DNA of 64,000 nt, from contig OX597824.1 in NCBI GenBank assembly GCA_951406725.2, forward strand, positions 67,828,001-67,892,000, read 5' to 3'. The notes below the pieces were generated by a model. That model ran no database searches, was not told the DNA's origin, and worked only from the letters and a program-made list of their open reading frames with translations. The stretch is from Octopus vulgaris. Its lineage: Eukaryota. Position numbers and translations under genes: made by a program. Below are positions 1 through 13,957 of the stretch, piece after piece. Numbering within the stretch: the stretch's first letter is position 1; each line of letters begins with the position of its first letter.

Positions 1-199
1 AGAGGAAAATAAACTTTAGGATAAAATGATTACTGGTGGAATTCGATATAAAATAGTTAACTAATAATATAAGAATAAACACCAAGAAACATATATAAGG
101 CATAAATAAACCAAACATAACAAGGAGGAACTAATAAAATTGAAAGATAAGAGAATAGAAAAATGGTCAAAAATAAAGCACTGTGATAATGAAAATTGA

Positions 200-826
200 G
201 ACCTAAGGTACCTAGGCAGCACTATGTCTGTAAATGGTTCAATAGATAAAGAGATCACAGCCAGGATCCAGAAAGCCAGCCAAGCACCCGGTATACTCAG
301 AGTCAAAATACTACAACAGAATGGCTTGCGGCTGTCCACGAGACTCAAGATATACAAAGATGTCCTTCTCTCCACGCTGCTGTATGGTTGTGAATCATGG
401 ACTCCATACGGCAGACACATCAAGCAGTTGGAACACTTCCATACAAGATCACTGCGCACAATCATGGGCATCAACTGGCACGACAGAGTCTCTAGTGAAG
501 GAGTCCTAGACAGAGTAGTGGTATAATGTGGTGTAGCATCCAGCTTCGCAAACTCGAGACCGCAACCACTAACAAGGCTACCTGGAGGTCAATCACCAAC
601 ACTGCTGTAGCTGCCTTTGAGGAGAATAGACAGCAATGCCACGCTGCCACAAGAGACAAACGTCACTGGGCCGCATCTTCCTTAGTCTTGATCACAGACT
701 ACCAGTGTCCAGCCTGCAGGTGACTGTGTGCTTCTAGCTATGGGCTACGGAGTCACATGCGTTCCCACCGCTGACTTCTGAGACCACAGACTACGTCTTC
801 ATCAGAGATTGATGGACTATCAAGAA
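200..826 (+). mobile_element. RTE-clade LINE, 3' fragment (degenerate)
   Basis: ORF 224-526 has the RTE RT C-terminal pattern DKEITARIQKASQA...LRLSTRLKIYK..LLSTLLYGCESWT.Y..HIKQLEHFH.RSLR.I.GI.W.DRV; downstream has a C-x2-C...H-like tail. Interrupted by stops. Confidence 0.8.
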
Positions 827-849
827 TATATGTATATATATATATACTA

Positions 850-990
850 TAATGAAAAATGCGAGCCAGGGATACTATATTCTTAAGTATTTAATAAACC
901 TGGAAAATTTCAGGACAAGAAGTAAGAGAAAAGTTTCTATTTAAGAAGTAAGAAAGAGCTTAAAGTATTGCAGCTAAAATAAAATTTGAT
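850..990 (+). mobile_element. Partial copy of the MITE terminal repeat seen at 34855-35745
   Basis: aaaatgcgag..gggata.tatatt.ttaag...cctggaaaa.ttcaggacaag...tattgcagctaa.ataaaattt matches the left arm at 34855-35045. Confidence 0.55.
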
Positions 991-1369
991 TGGGTTGCCC
1001 ATTCAATAAAGTATTCAAGTAAGCCAAGCCATTCAATACTGTCCAACCGTCTTTCACCCAAGAAATAAAAGAAAAGACATGAAAATACTACAGCTAAATA
1101 TATATTCGATAAAAATAATCTGATGCTTTATCTTAAATGCTTATATATTATTTTAAAATTATATATTATATATCGTTAAAATTATATATTATATATTGTT
1201 TAAAAATTTTTAAGTAGCGGTTCACTTTTGTTTATTACTGATATAATGTTATAAAGATGATCATTATGTTCTTTCATTCTGATTAACTCTTGACTTCTGC
1301 ATTTATTTGAGGGAAACTTAGATTTACCTAACATAAAATGAACTGTATAAGGCCTCAAACACCTTTCAT

Positions 1370-2204
1370 ACGTTGTATATATAACATTTCTATGCCAGAT
1401 TTTGGGAGGCGCATCCTAAATCCTGTCATTATTTTTCGTGTTTTCCTGTTTATTTTGATTAGTTCACTTAGAGTCCAGTTAAGAATATTGTAGCTGTAAC
1501 TTATAACTGGGACAGCTAGAGTGCTTATACCTATTATCTTGTTTTTCGCATTGAGCTCTGTTTTCAGTATTAATCTAACATTCTTTTCTTATCTTCTCGT
1601 TCATTTCTGTGTGTTGTATCGTATCTAGTTCATTGATTCCTAAGCATTTGTATGTCTGGCTTTGGGCTAATTCTCTTATCTCATTTGTTTTATCTAGTGT
1701 GATGTTTCTACTCTTATCTGGTTTTCCTTTCTTCAAGGTTGCTTTGGCACATTTTTCTAAGACGACTTTCATGTTTATTTATTTGATAAATCCATGTACT
1801 GTCTATAGTAATGTTTCCATTGTACAGTTTTATCATTTGTAGCGTACAGTTTTAGATCATCCATATATAAGAGGTGGTTGATTGTGTTGCCGTAACAGTT
1901 GTATTCACATCCAGTTCTGTTTAGCATGTTAGATAAAGGTGTCAGTGCCAAGAAGAAAAGGAGATGGCTTTAGTTTTTATGAGTCCCTCTTTCGTCTGGA
2001 GCTGTCGCACTGTCAGCTATTTATACATGGAATGTTTTATATATTTAATGGTTATTGGTGCTACCTTGCTCATGGCTAGTATTTCTTGGATCGATGTGTG
2101 GGGAATACTATTAAAAGCCTTTCTATTATGGATCCAGGCCATACTTAGAACATTCTTCTTTCTGCAGCTGTCTTCAGTTATGGCTTTATTGATCAGTAGC
2201 TGAA

Positions 2205-2205
<1 letters not shown>
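1370..2205 (-). mobile_element. R4/Dong-type non-LTR retrotransposon RT fragment
   Basis: Minus-strand translations (LEKCAKATLKKGK...IRELAQSQTYKCLGINE...MNEKIRKEC; HLLYMDDLKLYA) match the copies at 5056-6561 and 62175-64000. Abuts (TTA)n at 2207-2280. Confidence 0.8.
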
Positions 2206-2280
<75 letters not shown>

Positions 2281-3367
2281 TATATATATATATATATATA
2301 TATATTATGTGTGTGTGTGTGTGTGTGTGTGTGAGAGTGTGTGTGTTCTGTATTGGTTCATTTAAATTCTTCTTCTGAAGGGGCTGGTTTCTATCAAAGA
2401 TATAAAGCTCTATCATTGGAATGTAGATAACAAAAACAATGTCATATTTTAAACCTGAGAAAAGTCTTGCACAGATTTGCTTTTCCACTTGCAGATTGTA
2501 TTTGTAATGTGCGAGTCAGTTGGATCATTTCCTTTTTTGAAAATTCAAGTTTATTCAGACAGTTTGGCATTTACTTATAAAGCCAATATAAATTGGTAAT
2601 CTGAAAGTATGTATGCATGTATGTATGTATATATGTATGTACGTATGTACGTATGTATGTATGTATGTATGTATGTATGTATGTATGTATGTATGTATGT
2701 ATGTATGTATGTGTGAGTGTGTGTGTGTGTGTGCAATGCAATGTGTGTGTGTGTGTATAGTTGTATTTAGTTTTGTCAGCCGAATAACTGTATTTTGCCA
2801 CATAATTCTAGCAATGTCGGATATTTAATAAACATTTAAGTAAATTTATATTTCATAGTTAACATCAATAATTTTATTCGTTGCCAGTTTTTACTTTCGA
2901 TTTTCTTTTTGAAGGAGGTTCGTTAATACAATTACTTAATGAATTCATTGTTTATCTCGGCTGCATCCCCAATAACATTCAAATATTTCACATGAGATTT
3001 CACGCATTTGAAGCATTGGTTAATTGTTGCGCTATTTCAGTCATGTTAGCAACAATAAATTAAGTTTGAATATACTCATACAATTCTGTCTTCGAGCTGC
3101 TACTATCTCCCTCAAAACTATCCAAACATGCACGTATATAATGGCAATATCCTGCGACCAGTTCGAAAGGCGAAAAGTAGAATCAGTTGTTTCTGATCAC
3201 GGGACATACACGCAAAACAATAACGTTAAATCGGATCCGATAGTAATTCACTATTGTTTCAATATTTGTCTGTATTCACTGTTTGAAAAGACATATGCTT
3301 ATTTTCAATAACTTTTCCATTTTCTATTAAATTTCAAACTTTTCTTTATTGTCCTCATTTTTCGCAG

Positions 3368-3570
3368 GCATATCTTTTTAGCTCTATAAATTTGATTTGT
3401 GAATTATACGCAAAAGAAAGACGAATTATTATGTCAAGTACATTTATGTGTATTTGGGCTATTTATACGTCTTCTCTCGGATTCATAGCCTACATGTTGA
3501 AGGATTACAGTTGGAACACGATATTCCTGTTTAATGCTGTTATCTCGGGATATTTTCTTGTGGATTTCTT
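3368..3570 (+). CDS. SLC22-like transporter gene A, internal exon (equivalent to exon 4)
   Basis: ttcgcAG|GCA...TTCTT|GTaagt. Translates AYLFSSINLICELYAKERRIIMSSTFMCIWAIY...LKDYSWNTIFLFNAVISGYFLVDF (EL...R motif and TM5-6). Phase 0 in, phase 2 out. Confidence 0.9.
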
Positions 3571-4013
3571 GTAAGTATCCTATTTTGTTTTGCATTAAAT
3601 GCTTACATCCATACTCACATTGATATACATTCATGCATGCATATATACATTATATACATTATATACGCGTTTCATTATATTTTTCAATGCACCAACATAT
3701 ATATTTCAATTGGCATCATCATCATCACTGTCGTTGTTTTTGTCGTCGTTGTCGTCGTCGTCGTCACCATCATCATCGTCATCAAAATAATAATAATGAT
3801 AATGATAGTTCTTTCTGTTATACACAGAATACTTGAAATTTTTCGAGGAAGAGGCTAGTCGATTACACAAACTCCAGTGCTTAACTGGTATTTGTTTTAT
3901 CCATTCCGAAAGGATGAAAGGCAATGTCGGCCTCAACAGAATTTGAACTCAGATCACAAAAAGGGACGAAATGCAGTAAATAATAATGATGATGATGATG
4001 ATGATGATAATAA

Positions 4014-4079
<66 letters not shown>

Positions 4080-4402
4080 GCCATGTGTTGAGAGGGATTC
4101 TTTGGGGTTTGAATAATTCACCTCTGGAAACATGGGTGGTTCTTTCAACATCCTTAAACAGCCCTTATTCAGGGACCGTTTGAGCGGGATGGGCTACACA
4201 ACCTGAAGAAAATTCTAACTGGGCCCCATCTTCAAGGTCATGTGCTGTTTATCTTGATATGAGATCACCATGTCGCGCACATATGGTTGTGATGCATGTG
4301 CCTGGTGTACCATTATCAGATGGGTAGTCATGATGAGTATATTGGGCTTCGTATATTTTACACCAGTGTCACTTTGATGGCATGAACTGCTCTCTCACTC
4401 AA
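4080..4402 (+). mobile_element. Non-coding retroposon (SINE-like or LINE 3' UTR) embedded in (TAA)n
   Basis: Near-identical reverse-complement copy at 61588-61910; both copies flanked by TAA/TTA arrays. Confidence 0.7.
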
Positions 4403-4403
4403 T

Positions 4404-4444
<41 letters not shown>

Positions 4445-4446
<2 letters not shown>

Positions 4447-4796
4447 CCACTTTGACCCACGAATAGTCAAGAAGAAAGGCGAAAAGATAGACAGATACAA
4501 CCCTCTTAAGTACGAAATAGCCCGGCTATAGGAAATGAAGATGATGAAGATAGTGCAATTATTGTTGGGTCATTGGAAACAGTATCAGAAGGCATCAAGA
4601 GGAATATAAAGGAAAATGAAATAGAGTGCCCAATAGAACTGTTACAAAAGATTTGTCTCCTTGGCATGGCCAGAATAATCAGGAAAGTACTAGATAGCTG
4701 AAAATAACGAATAGCATAGTACCGTAGGCTGCAAATAGTAGGTCCGCTACGCATGCAAGACTCCAGGAGCTCCAACAAAACCTGTGGTAAAGGGAA

Positions 4797-4797
<1 letters not shown>
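4445..4797 (+). mobile_element. 5'-truncated R4/Dong-type LINE 3' end
   Basis: Degenerate endonuclease C-terminus (..IIVGSLETVSE...IELLQKICLLGMARIIRKVLDS*) plus short 3' UTR, flanked by (TAA)n. Confidence 0.7.
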
Positions 4798-4893
<96 letters not shown>

Positions 4894-4911
4894 TGATGAT
4901 GATAATAATAA

Positions 4912-4970
<59 letters not shown>

Positions 4971-4983
4971 TATGATGATGATG

Positions 4984-5055
<72 letters not shown>
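4797..5055. repeat. (TAA)n/(TGA)n microsatellite, representative of many
   Basis: Direct reading. Similar TAA, TA, TACA, TAGA, CA, GA and TTC arrays occur throughout (e.g. 2207-2345, 49874-50206, 61221-61588, 63077-63148). Confidence 0.95.
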
Positions 5056-6561
5056 GAGCAAGAACAAACATACAAATATTTAGGGATAAATGAAGGCTCT
5101 GGTATTCAGCATGCAAGCATGAAAGAGAAGATCAGGAAGGAATGTTATAGGAGAGTTCGTGCAGTCCTGAAATCTGAACTAAATGCACGTAACAAGGTGT
5201 TAGCTATAAATTCCTTAGCAGTTCCAGTTGTTACTTATAGCTATATGAGTGAAGTAAAGAATATAGATAGGAAAATAGCAAGCTGCTGAGTTGTAATAGG
5301 ATGCACCACCCAAAGGCAGATGTAGATCGCCTTTACCTTCCCAGAGCCCAAGGAGGTCGAGGCATGATCCAATTCGAACTAGCTTACAAAACAACCACAA
5401 TTGGACTGGCCAAATATCTCGAAATATCGAATGACTGGATGCTAAAGCTCGTGGAAAATCACGAGAGACGAAAGAAGCTTCATCCTATCATAAAGGAAAG
5501 CAAAAAATTTGCTATTGATCTCGTGCAGGATACCCAAACTGAACAACCCGAGGGAAGTACGGCAACTATTGTTGCAAAGAAGGTGAAAATAATGGCAACG
5601 AAAAAAGCGCACGAGCAATTGGCTGATAGGTAGGAGGAGAAACCTCTGCACGGCAAATATGTGACCCGCAGCAAACAAGCTGATGTTGACCAGAAGCAAA
5701 CCCATCAGTGGCTACGGAGCTCAGGGCTAAAAGCAGAGAGCGAAGGTTTCATCCTGGCTGCTCAAGATCAAAGCCTATTAACCCGGAACTACCAGGCCAA
5801 TGTGATGAAAAATGGAGCAGACCCAAAATGCCGATTCTGCAACGACATGATTGAAACAGTGGACCACCTAATCCCTGGATGTAAAGTCTTAGCACCAGTG
5901 GAGTATAAATTAAGACATGACAGAGTTGGCCAATATCTACACTGGCTAATAAGTCGGCATTACAATATCAAAACTGCCGACAAGTGGTATAATCACCACC
6001 CTGAGGCTGTAACTGAAGGAGAAAATGTAACCATTCTGTGGGACTTTCCAGTACATACAGACCGAACCATCAAGGCCAATAAACCAGATATTGTTGTGAA
6101 AGACCAAAACAATAAAGTTTGCTTATTGATCGACATGAGCATCCCCTGTGATCATAATATCTCAGCGAAAGAGTTTGACAAGCTCAGAAAATATAAAGAC
6201 CTACTCATTGAAATTGAGAAAATGTGGCATCTCAAGGCGGTAACAATACCAGTGATCGTAGGAGCACTAGGAATGATCAAGGAGGGAACCGAAAATTATA
6301 TGAGAATGATCCCTGGCTTACCATCCCTGCAAGAAGTGCAAAAGATTGTCTTAACTGGTACATCACACGTATTGAGAAGAGCATTGTCGATGTGAGAACT
6401 GTTGCTGCTCATGTATTTTAATTTAACTTAAAAAAAAGAAAATGAACGAACTATTGAGTTTGGTTTAATGGCCTACCAATGTATACTATGAGTTTCTTTG
6501 CCCTAGGAGTCAGGAAGACACTCGGCAAGAAATGGAAGCAAATTTGAAAGAAGAAAAAAAG
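5056..6561 (+). mobile_element. R4/Dong-clade non-LTR retrotransposon (RLE type), 5'-truncated
   Basis: RT thumb (YKYLGI...HPKADVDRLYLPRAQGGRG), CCHC knuckle CRFCNDMIETVDHLIPGC, RHD motif and restriction-like endonuclease ANKPDIVV...LIDMSIP...KYKDL (ORF 5661-6395). Internal stops. Flanked both sides by (TAA)n. Confidence 0.9.
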
Positions 6562-6584
6562 TAATAATAATAATAATAATAATG

Positions 6585-6617
<33 letters not shown>

Positions 6618-6619
<2 letters not shown>

Positions 6620-6968
6620 CCGGCAGATGACAACGTGTCTCTAAAAGAAATGGAGAAACTCTCAAAATACAAAGACCTGGAAATAGAGGTAACTAGAATG
6701 TGGAATCTGAAAACAGAAACAATTCCTATCATAGTAGGTGCATTTGGCATGATAAAAAAATATTCAGACAAATACATAACAAAAACACCAGGACTTACAA
6801 ACACATATAACATACAGAAAATTGCACTACTAGGCACTGCACACATCCTACGCAGAACACTTTCCATACAATAACCATCAGAGCATCACAACAAATCACA
6901 GCACATACCCAAGGCACACAGAGCTGCGCTCGGTAGTGAAGTGAAAGCACGCTATAAAAATAAAACTA

Positions 6969-6972
<4 letters not shown>
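6618..6972 (+). mobile_element. R4/Dong-type LINE 3' end (second subfamily)
   Basis: ORF 6635-6874 KEMEKLSKYKDLEIEVTRMWNLKTETIPIIVGAFG; same 3' UTR as the minus-strand copy at 62175-62500; flanked by (TAA)n. Confidence 0.85.
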
Positions 6973-7047
<75 letters not shown>

Positions 7048-7559
7048 TAGCCCCGCACTGATTAAGAACATGGACGTGCTACACCGGGCTCCCTATTCAA
7101 AAGTAAATCTAATCCAATAACATCGATAGAATTAGATAAAGGAACCTGTAGAAGACTTGAAGGAAGCGGACTTTTAACGAAAATAATAAAGAAAAACGAA
7201 ATTTTACTGCGTACAAAGCACAGTTTTTCTTATACGCGATGTCTCAGGGAAACATGTGCGAAACACACACATGACGTCAACAATGGAAAGTTTACAAATT
7301 ATAAAATAGATATGGAACAAATCTGTAAGTACATAAATTGAGTAATTTCGCATACACTCGAACGTCTATATAATCATATATACATTCTGATACCCATAGG
7401 ACTACACATACATCTCAATGTTTACACAACTATGTGAAATTTACAGGACACACATTCACTCATATGAAATCACGTGTCACAAACGAAGCAAAAACTAAAA
7501 ACAAAACTTTTTCCTTTATTTATTTATCTAATATTTTTTCCAACTAACACAGACAAAGC

Positions 7560-9560
7560 GAACCATTCATAAGTTTAAAAAACTATGCTGGAAGATAAAA
7601 CTATCAACAAAAAAAAAATAATAATAACACACAAATACAGATCTGTTAGTCTTAAGAAGCTACGGTACGAGCAATGTTTACATGCAGAGAATTCGGTGAC
7701 AGTGTTGTCTGAAAATAATTGACCCCAACAGACAAATCCGTCACCTAATGTCAACGTCGAAGCTCGTCATGCTTCAATGATAACAAAGCAAATTACAAAC
7801 CAGATTAGTCGTCGACCCAATTTTTTTTAAGGAATATAGGGAAGATACGAGTTACAGTAAAGCCAAACCCATCAAAAGAAGAAGCGTAGGAATTTTGGAA
7901 TAAAATTTGGGCAGAAGAAAAACCACACAATGAGAAGACCCCTTGGATTGATAGAATATCTACAGACTTAGACTCCTTAGAGGAGCAAAAGTGGAAGGGT
8001 GTCAAGGTAGAATATATAAAATCTGCTCTCAGGAGGTCAAGCAAATGGAAGTCTCCAGGAAAGGATAAAATTCCTAACTTTTGGTTGAATGCCTTCCCAG
8101 AGAGCCAAGAACTACTAACAAAACTTTACCACGATGTTTTGCAACATCCTATTATGATCTCCTCTTGGCTAGTTAATGGTTTAACATTCCTACGTTCAAA
8201 AAATAAAACAAATGAACGAATAAATTATCGACTCATAACCTGCTTAACAACAATGTGTAAAACGCTAATACTTGTCCTGACTGAATATACATATAGATTT
8301 TTAATAGAAAGTAGGATATTGGATTTAAACGTTGATCTTATGGTTGTAAAAGCAGCTACTCATCAATAAGATGATCTTAGAAGATTGTCGCAAATGACAC
8401 AAAAACTTGTCAATAGCCTGGGTAGACTATAAAAAAGCTTTTGATAGCCTACCACATAGCTGGATTAAGAAATGTCTGGAAATGTATAAAATAGCTCCTA
8501 CTCTGCGAAACTTTTTGTTTGTAAGTATGAGATCATGGAGAACCACACTGACTTTGAACAGTGACAATGAATCTCTAAAGCTGGAGATGTAAGAATTTCA
8601 TGTGACATTTTCCAGGGTGATTCACTATCACCACTCCTCTTTTGACTAGCGTTAATACATCTCTCAAAATTGCTCAATGATACACAGTACGGTTATAAAA
8701 TGTTTGATAAAAAATGGATTGTTTAAAGCTCCTTGCAAAAAAATTACCAACAACTCAAGGGCTTACTAGCGATTGTTAAACAATTTAGTGATGACATCAG
8801 GATGCAATTTGGCTTCGATAAATGTGTAAGAGCTACCTTTATCAAGGGAAAATTGGCAGAAGCATCTAACGTTAACCTTGACCAGCAGAATATCATAAAA
8901 GAGTTAGAACCGGTGCAGAGCTACAAATACCTAGGGGTAATTGAAGGTGATGGAATCTAATATGCAGTGATGAGGGAAAGGTTGAGAAGAGAAAGTTATC
9001 GCAGAGCTGAATGTAAAAAACAAGATCGAAGCAATCAATGCTTTTGCCATACCAGTCGTGACTTACGGTTTCAATATCATCAACTGGTCAATTACTGAAA
9101 TATGTAATCGTAAAAGAAAAATACGAAAACTGTTGACAATGCATAGAATTCACCAGCCTAAGGCAGATATAGAGCGACTTTATCTGCCAGGAAAAGAGGG
9201 AGGCCGTGGACTTTTACAACTGGAATTAACAATGAAGATTGCCACAGTTGGCCTACATACCGACCTGAAAAACTCTGCAGACTGGATGTTAAACCTTGTG
9301 TGGAAACATGAAAACAAGACAGCATCATGCTCAGTAACAAATCAGGCAAAGGAATATCTAAGTGAATTCCGAATACAACAATCTCCAGAATTAAACATAC
9401 TAGAAACAAACGCAGAAAAAGCTAATCGTATGAAAACTCCTGCTAAAACCGCTGCCTTAGATATTCTGACTGATAAATGGCAAGGAAAACCTCTCAATGG
9501 CAAGTACCCATAGAGAGCGAGCAATGCCGATGTTGACAAAGCCCTTACCCATCAATTGCA
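7560..9560 (+). mobile_element. Degenerate R4/Dong-type LINE RT region
   Basis: Fragments WKSPGKDKIPNFW, NYRLITCL, AWVDYKKAFDSLPHSWI, IFQGDSLSPLLF, FGFDKC, YKYLGV, HQPKADIERLYLP..EGGRGL across ORFs 8085-9513. Many stops and frameshifts. Confidence 0.85.
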
Positions 9561-9892
9561 TGGTGTCCCGAAACAATTAGGTGGTAGTATTGATTTACTA
9601 ATGACCCGGGCCGATCATGGCCGAAACCAATCTAAGTTAACTAATTTATCTAAATTATATTATGAATGCACGAGAAATCCTCATTAAAACTTTCTCATTA
9701 CTATTACTAAAAAATCTGGAATAATTCACTTTAGCAAACACAACACATACGAGCGGGGGCATACACGCACATACACACACATTTAACAAACTTCCAAAAC
9801 AAATATTCTACAGCTGTATAACATGATAACTGTTAAAAAAGAAAAACAATGACCAAATGAACTATCATCAGTGTAAGCCATTCTAGGAAAAG

Positions 9893-10215
9893 ACCACTAA
9901 GGGTGGATGCTACTGTAGCTTGTAGCCCCAGGAGAACATCTCCAGCTGGCTATTGACACATTTTCTGTGCCCTATCAGTATTTGCAAAGGGAAGCCATCG
10001 TTCCCATCGTCGACCTGACGTGATACGCACAGACCCGGGTTTCTGTGTATTTACCCGTCATCAGCGCACGACATTCACCGGTCTTCGATGCGAAGGGGTC
10101 CCAATGCAAATACATATATCCTTTTTTCAGTCGATAGCCAGCTGGTGATGTTCTCCTAGGGCTTCAACCTACAGTAGCATCCATCCTTAGTGGTTAGCCA
10201 CATTCAGATGGCATA
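9893..10215. mobile_element. MITE-like element with ~60-bp imperfect TIRs
   Basis: ccactaagggtggatgctactgtag...ccagctggcta (9894-9952) is inverted at 10135-10193. A related arm occurs at 18620-18745. Confidence 0.6.
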
Positions 10216-10222
10216 TATACTT

Positions 10223-10266
<44 letters not shown>

Positions 10267-10402
10267 CATACATACATACATAATACATACATAATACATA
10301 CATACATACATACATACATACATACATACATACGTACATACGTACGTACGTACGTACGTGCGTACATAAATACATACATACATACATACATACATACATA
10401 CA

Positions 10403-10433
<31 letters not shown>

Positions 10434-10505
10434 GTACGTGTGTGGAAATAAAACAAAAAATATATATGCATGCTTACAATTACTCGACCATCTATGTAAT
10501 TTGTG

Positions 10506-10790
10506 GAGGCACAATGACCGGTCGGAGGATCGTGGTTTCGATTCCCAGACCGGGCGTTGTGTGTGTTTATTGGGTGAAAACACCTAAATACCTCCACGAG
10601 GCTCCGGCAGGGGGTTTGGCGACCCCTGTTGTACTATTTCGCCGCAACTTTCTCTCACTCTCTTTTGCTGTTTCTTGAGTAACGCTGCGATGGACTGGCG
10701 TCCTGTCCAGCTAGTGGGGAACACATACGCCACAGAAACCGGGACACCGGGCTCATGAGCCTGGCTCGGTTTGAAAAGGGCGACGTTTAT
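10506..10790 (+). mobile_element. tRNA-derived SINE (family 1)
   Basis: B-box-like ggtttcgattcccagacc; aligns along its length with 11464-11765. Confidence 0.75.
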
Positions 10791-10851
10791 CGTTTTATCT
10801 ATGTAATTTATAATCCCTGCTTACTACAAAATTATTTTTCCATGGCTGCAG

Positions 10852-11172
10852 TTTCCTGGAGGAATCTCTCCGGTGGCTATTTGCTAATTCGAAAATAAAA
10901 GAAGCCAAGAAAATTATCAAAAAAGCTGCGAAACAAAACAAAGTTGATTTTAATAATGTCTGGAGTATTATATTAAAAGACGTTTCAAAAGAGACTGTTA
11001 ATCCCGCAAATGAAACCAGTTCTGGATGCCAAAGTAGCGAGTCCACAGCCCCGATTGACATCACAACAGTACAACCAGACAGTGAAAAAGAAATCTCAAT
11101 GCTTACACATTTACGCGATTTCTTTAAATCATCCTATCTGAGAAGAGTTACCATTGTTATTTCTATAGAAAT
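10852..11172 (+). CDS. SLC22-like gene A exon 5 (large intracellular loop)
   Basis: tgcAG|TTTCCTG...GAAAT|GTaagt. Translates FLEESLRWLFANSKIKEAKKIIKKAAKQNKV...DFFKSSYLRRVTIVISIE (PESPRWL-type motif). Phase 2/2, consistent with neighbouring exons. Confidence 0.92.
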
Positions 11173-11463
11173 GTAAGTTTCACCGATTTATTGTTGATAT
11201 TATTTTTACAGTTACCATAAGCCTATCGGAAGAATAATGAAGAGCGACATTTTTGTTTAGATTGTGTTCCAATATTTTATTAGACCCAATATTTTATAAT
11301 TTGCAAGATCAGAAGACGTGGGTATCACATCTTTCCAAAGGCATTGGTGATGTAGATGAGCAGAAACTAATTAAATTGGAAATATTTGTTCCATAACACG
11401 CGTATTGCTGCTGTATATTGGCAGTCTAAATAATTTTATCTCTCTAAATTCTAGTAAATGTTG

Positions 11464-11765
11464 AGGCGTATTGGCCCAGCGGGTAGGGCAGCGGACTCGC
11501 GGTCGGAGGATCGCGGTTTTGATTCCCAGACCGGCCGTTGTGTGTGTTTATTGAGCTAAAACACCTAAAAGCTCCACGAGGCTCTGGCAGGGGACGGTGG
11601 CAACCCCTGTTGTACTCTTTCGCCACAACTTTCTCTCACTTTCTCTTCCTGTTTCTTGAGTAACGCTGCGATGGACTGGCGTCGCGTCCAGCTGTGGGGA
11701 ACGCATACACCACAGAAACTTGGAAACCGGGCTCATGAGCCTGGCTATGCTTGAAAGGGGCGAAG
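11464..11765 (+). mobile_element. tRNA-derived SINE (family 1)
   Basis: A-box-like tggcccagcgggtagg, B-box-like ggttttgattcccag; homologous to 10506-10790. Confidence 0.75.
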
Positions 11766-12120
11766 AAAAAATTCTATTAAATAACAAACGTATTTTCATT
11801 GAGCAGATCTCAGTCAAGTCTTCCATCACAAATTCTTGTTTTAACTTTGGAAATGTTAGATTACGGTGGAAACATTTAATTGAATTAACATTCCCTAAGA
11901 TGCTAAATATATATTACATATGTTCGTCTGTGGCCGAGTCTCATTGAGTGTAGCGGTATATCTGAGTGCATTGTGTGTGTTTATGCGTATGAGAATATGA
12001 TCTTACTTATGTATCAAATCTGCTGGCATTGAACGCGGTGAACATGAGTTTTTTTACGTTGTTAGATGTTTTCTGATATTTGTAGTGTAACTTAATTTAG
12101 TTTGTTTTTGATTTTAATAG

Positions 12121-12255
12121 GGCTGTAAATGCAGCAGCATGGAACAGTATGACACAAATGCTGGAAGTTCTAACTGGCAGCATATATCTCAACTTTTTTC
12201 TGATGTCTATAGTTGAAACCGTTTCACTCGGAGTTTACTCTGCAATAGCTAAAAG
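12121..12255 (+). CDS. SLC22-like gene A exon 6
   Basis: taatAG|GGCTGTA...AAAAG|GTgaa. Translates AVNAAAWNSMTQMLEVLTGSIYLNFFLMSIVETVSLGVYSAIAKR (G.IYLNFFL...VE motif). Confidence 0.9.
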
Positions 12256-13898
12256 GTGAACCATTCTAACAATATTATGTGAATGAATTGAAGAGGTTGA
12301 GAGACAGAAGCAAAAATATACTCTACCAAATGCCAGTCAGTAGTTTACTTACCTAGGTTTATTTCTGAAGTTTAAATCCCGGTGGATTAAAATTTGCTTT
12401 ACATCAGTCATGATTCGATGGAATTAGTAGGTTGGTAGAATTTCTTTGGAATTAAGAATTATCATTCCGTAAAAATTTCATAATTGGCGATGGTGGGTAC
12501 TGTGTCCGAAGAACACGAGTAAGAGAGTGGCAGGCACCCAAGTGGCTATGTAAACCAATGATTGACGCTGTGGAGCTTTTCTTCCTGCTTGCCTTATGTT
12601 CAGTCTGCTTGCCCTATGTTCATAAAGCGAAGTTCTGTCTGTACACTCTGATTCCACTCTTTAGATCTGGAGGTCTAACTACAGCGACTTAGCGGATTAA
12701 GAGATCTGAAGTGACAGATGAAGGTTTTTATATTGGAGTGGCCTTCTAGGTGAGTAGCTTTACAGGACTAGATTTGCTTGTAGGGTGTCAAAGAACTGAA
12801 CTGAGGGACTGTATCCCGTGATTTTCTGTCAAGTTTGACTACACCAGCTTTAACCTTTCTCACAGCACTCACAGGGGAATGGGAGTTTGTACTTGGAGTT
12901 TCTTCCCATGCTAATTAATTCATAGCTGGGACCTTGACAAGTGTAACTACTCCGGGCAAGAGTAAACCAGGAGACTTTAGCGGCTAACAGGTAGTTCCAT
13001 ACTCCTCCAAACGCAGGAACTCTCGATCCATGGCCCCATATTGGATGCAGTTTAAAGTCATTCAATTTATAGACTTACAAATGATTTGTTCTGAGACCAT
13101 CTGTGTGAAACTAAAACAATTATAGAGTAGTGAACACATATAGACATTTCGCAAGCACAAAACTGTTAAATTATTCGACTTTATCCCAGACAGTTTCATT
13201 ACAACTCTATCAGTGATCAAGTCGCAGAGAGTGCGAATAAATTTTGTTTCCGAATAATAAATAAGTGAAACCCAAATTTTTTCTTGAGCTCTTAAATCGT
13301 TTATACGTGTCTTCCACGCTGTTATTACTTATGGGATTGTAGTTTATGCAATACATCCCCCTTATCTGAGTTTGTCATGACCCGATGTTGATTCAGCCAA
13401 TTAACACCAACTGCATCGTTAACATACTAACAAAAAGGTATATTTGTTGACTATTCAATAGAAACTAATATTTAGTGTACCTATATTTGAATATACAGAA
13501 ACATGCATGCACTGAGTTTTGAACATTTATTTTTATTAAATATACTTTTTTGTTATAGATTAAAAGTTTTCAATAAATAATTCTAGCAATGATAGGAGCA
13601 CTCTTCGAAGAATATGAAACAGAATGTGGATACATTCTTTGCTTAGATCCTCAATTTGTGAAGAGTTCTCTAAGATAATGTAGCAAACGTATCTTTGTAT
13701 ATATCTCTATAAACACAAGAGTGAGAGGAGCCACTTAATAAAGTAAAGATGGTAACAATGATGCAAAACATTACCAGGAATTATGTGTTTAAGCATTTCA
13801 ACACAGCCAAGACTTTATTATAAGGTACAAACTCATATAGGAAATATGAAATACATATAAAATACATGAAAGGAATTGGACATTTTATATATTTTATA

Positions 13899-13957
<59 letters not shown>

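Noticed and set aside
12490-13070. GC-richer block in intron 6
   Set aside because: Probably an old repeat, but I could not assign a family or exon from the sequence alone.
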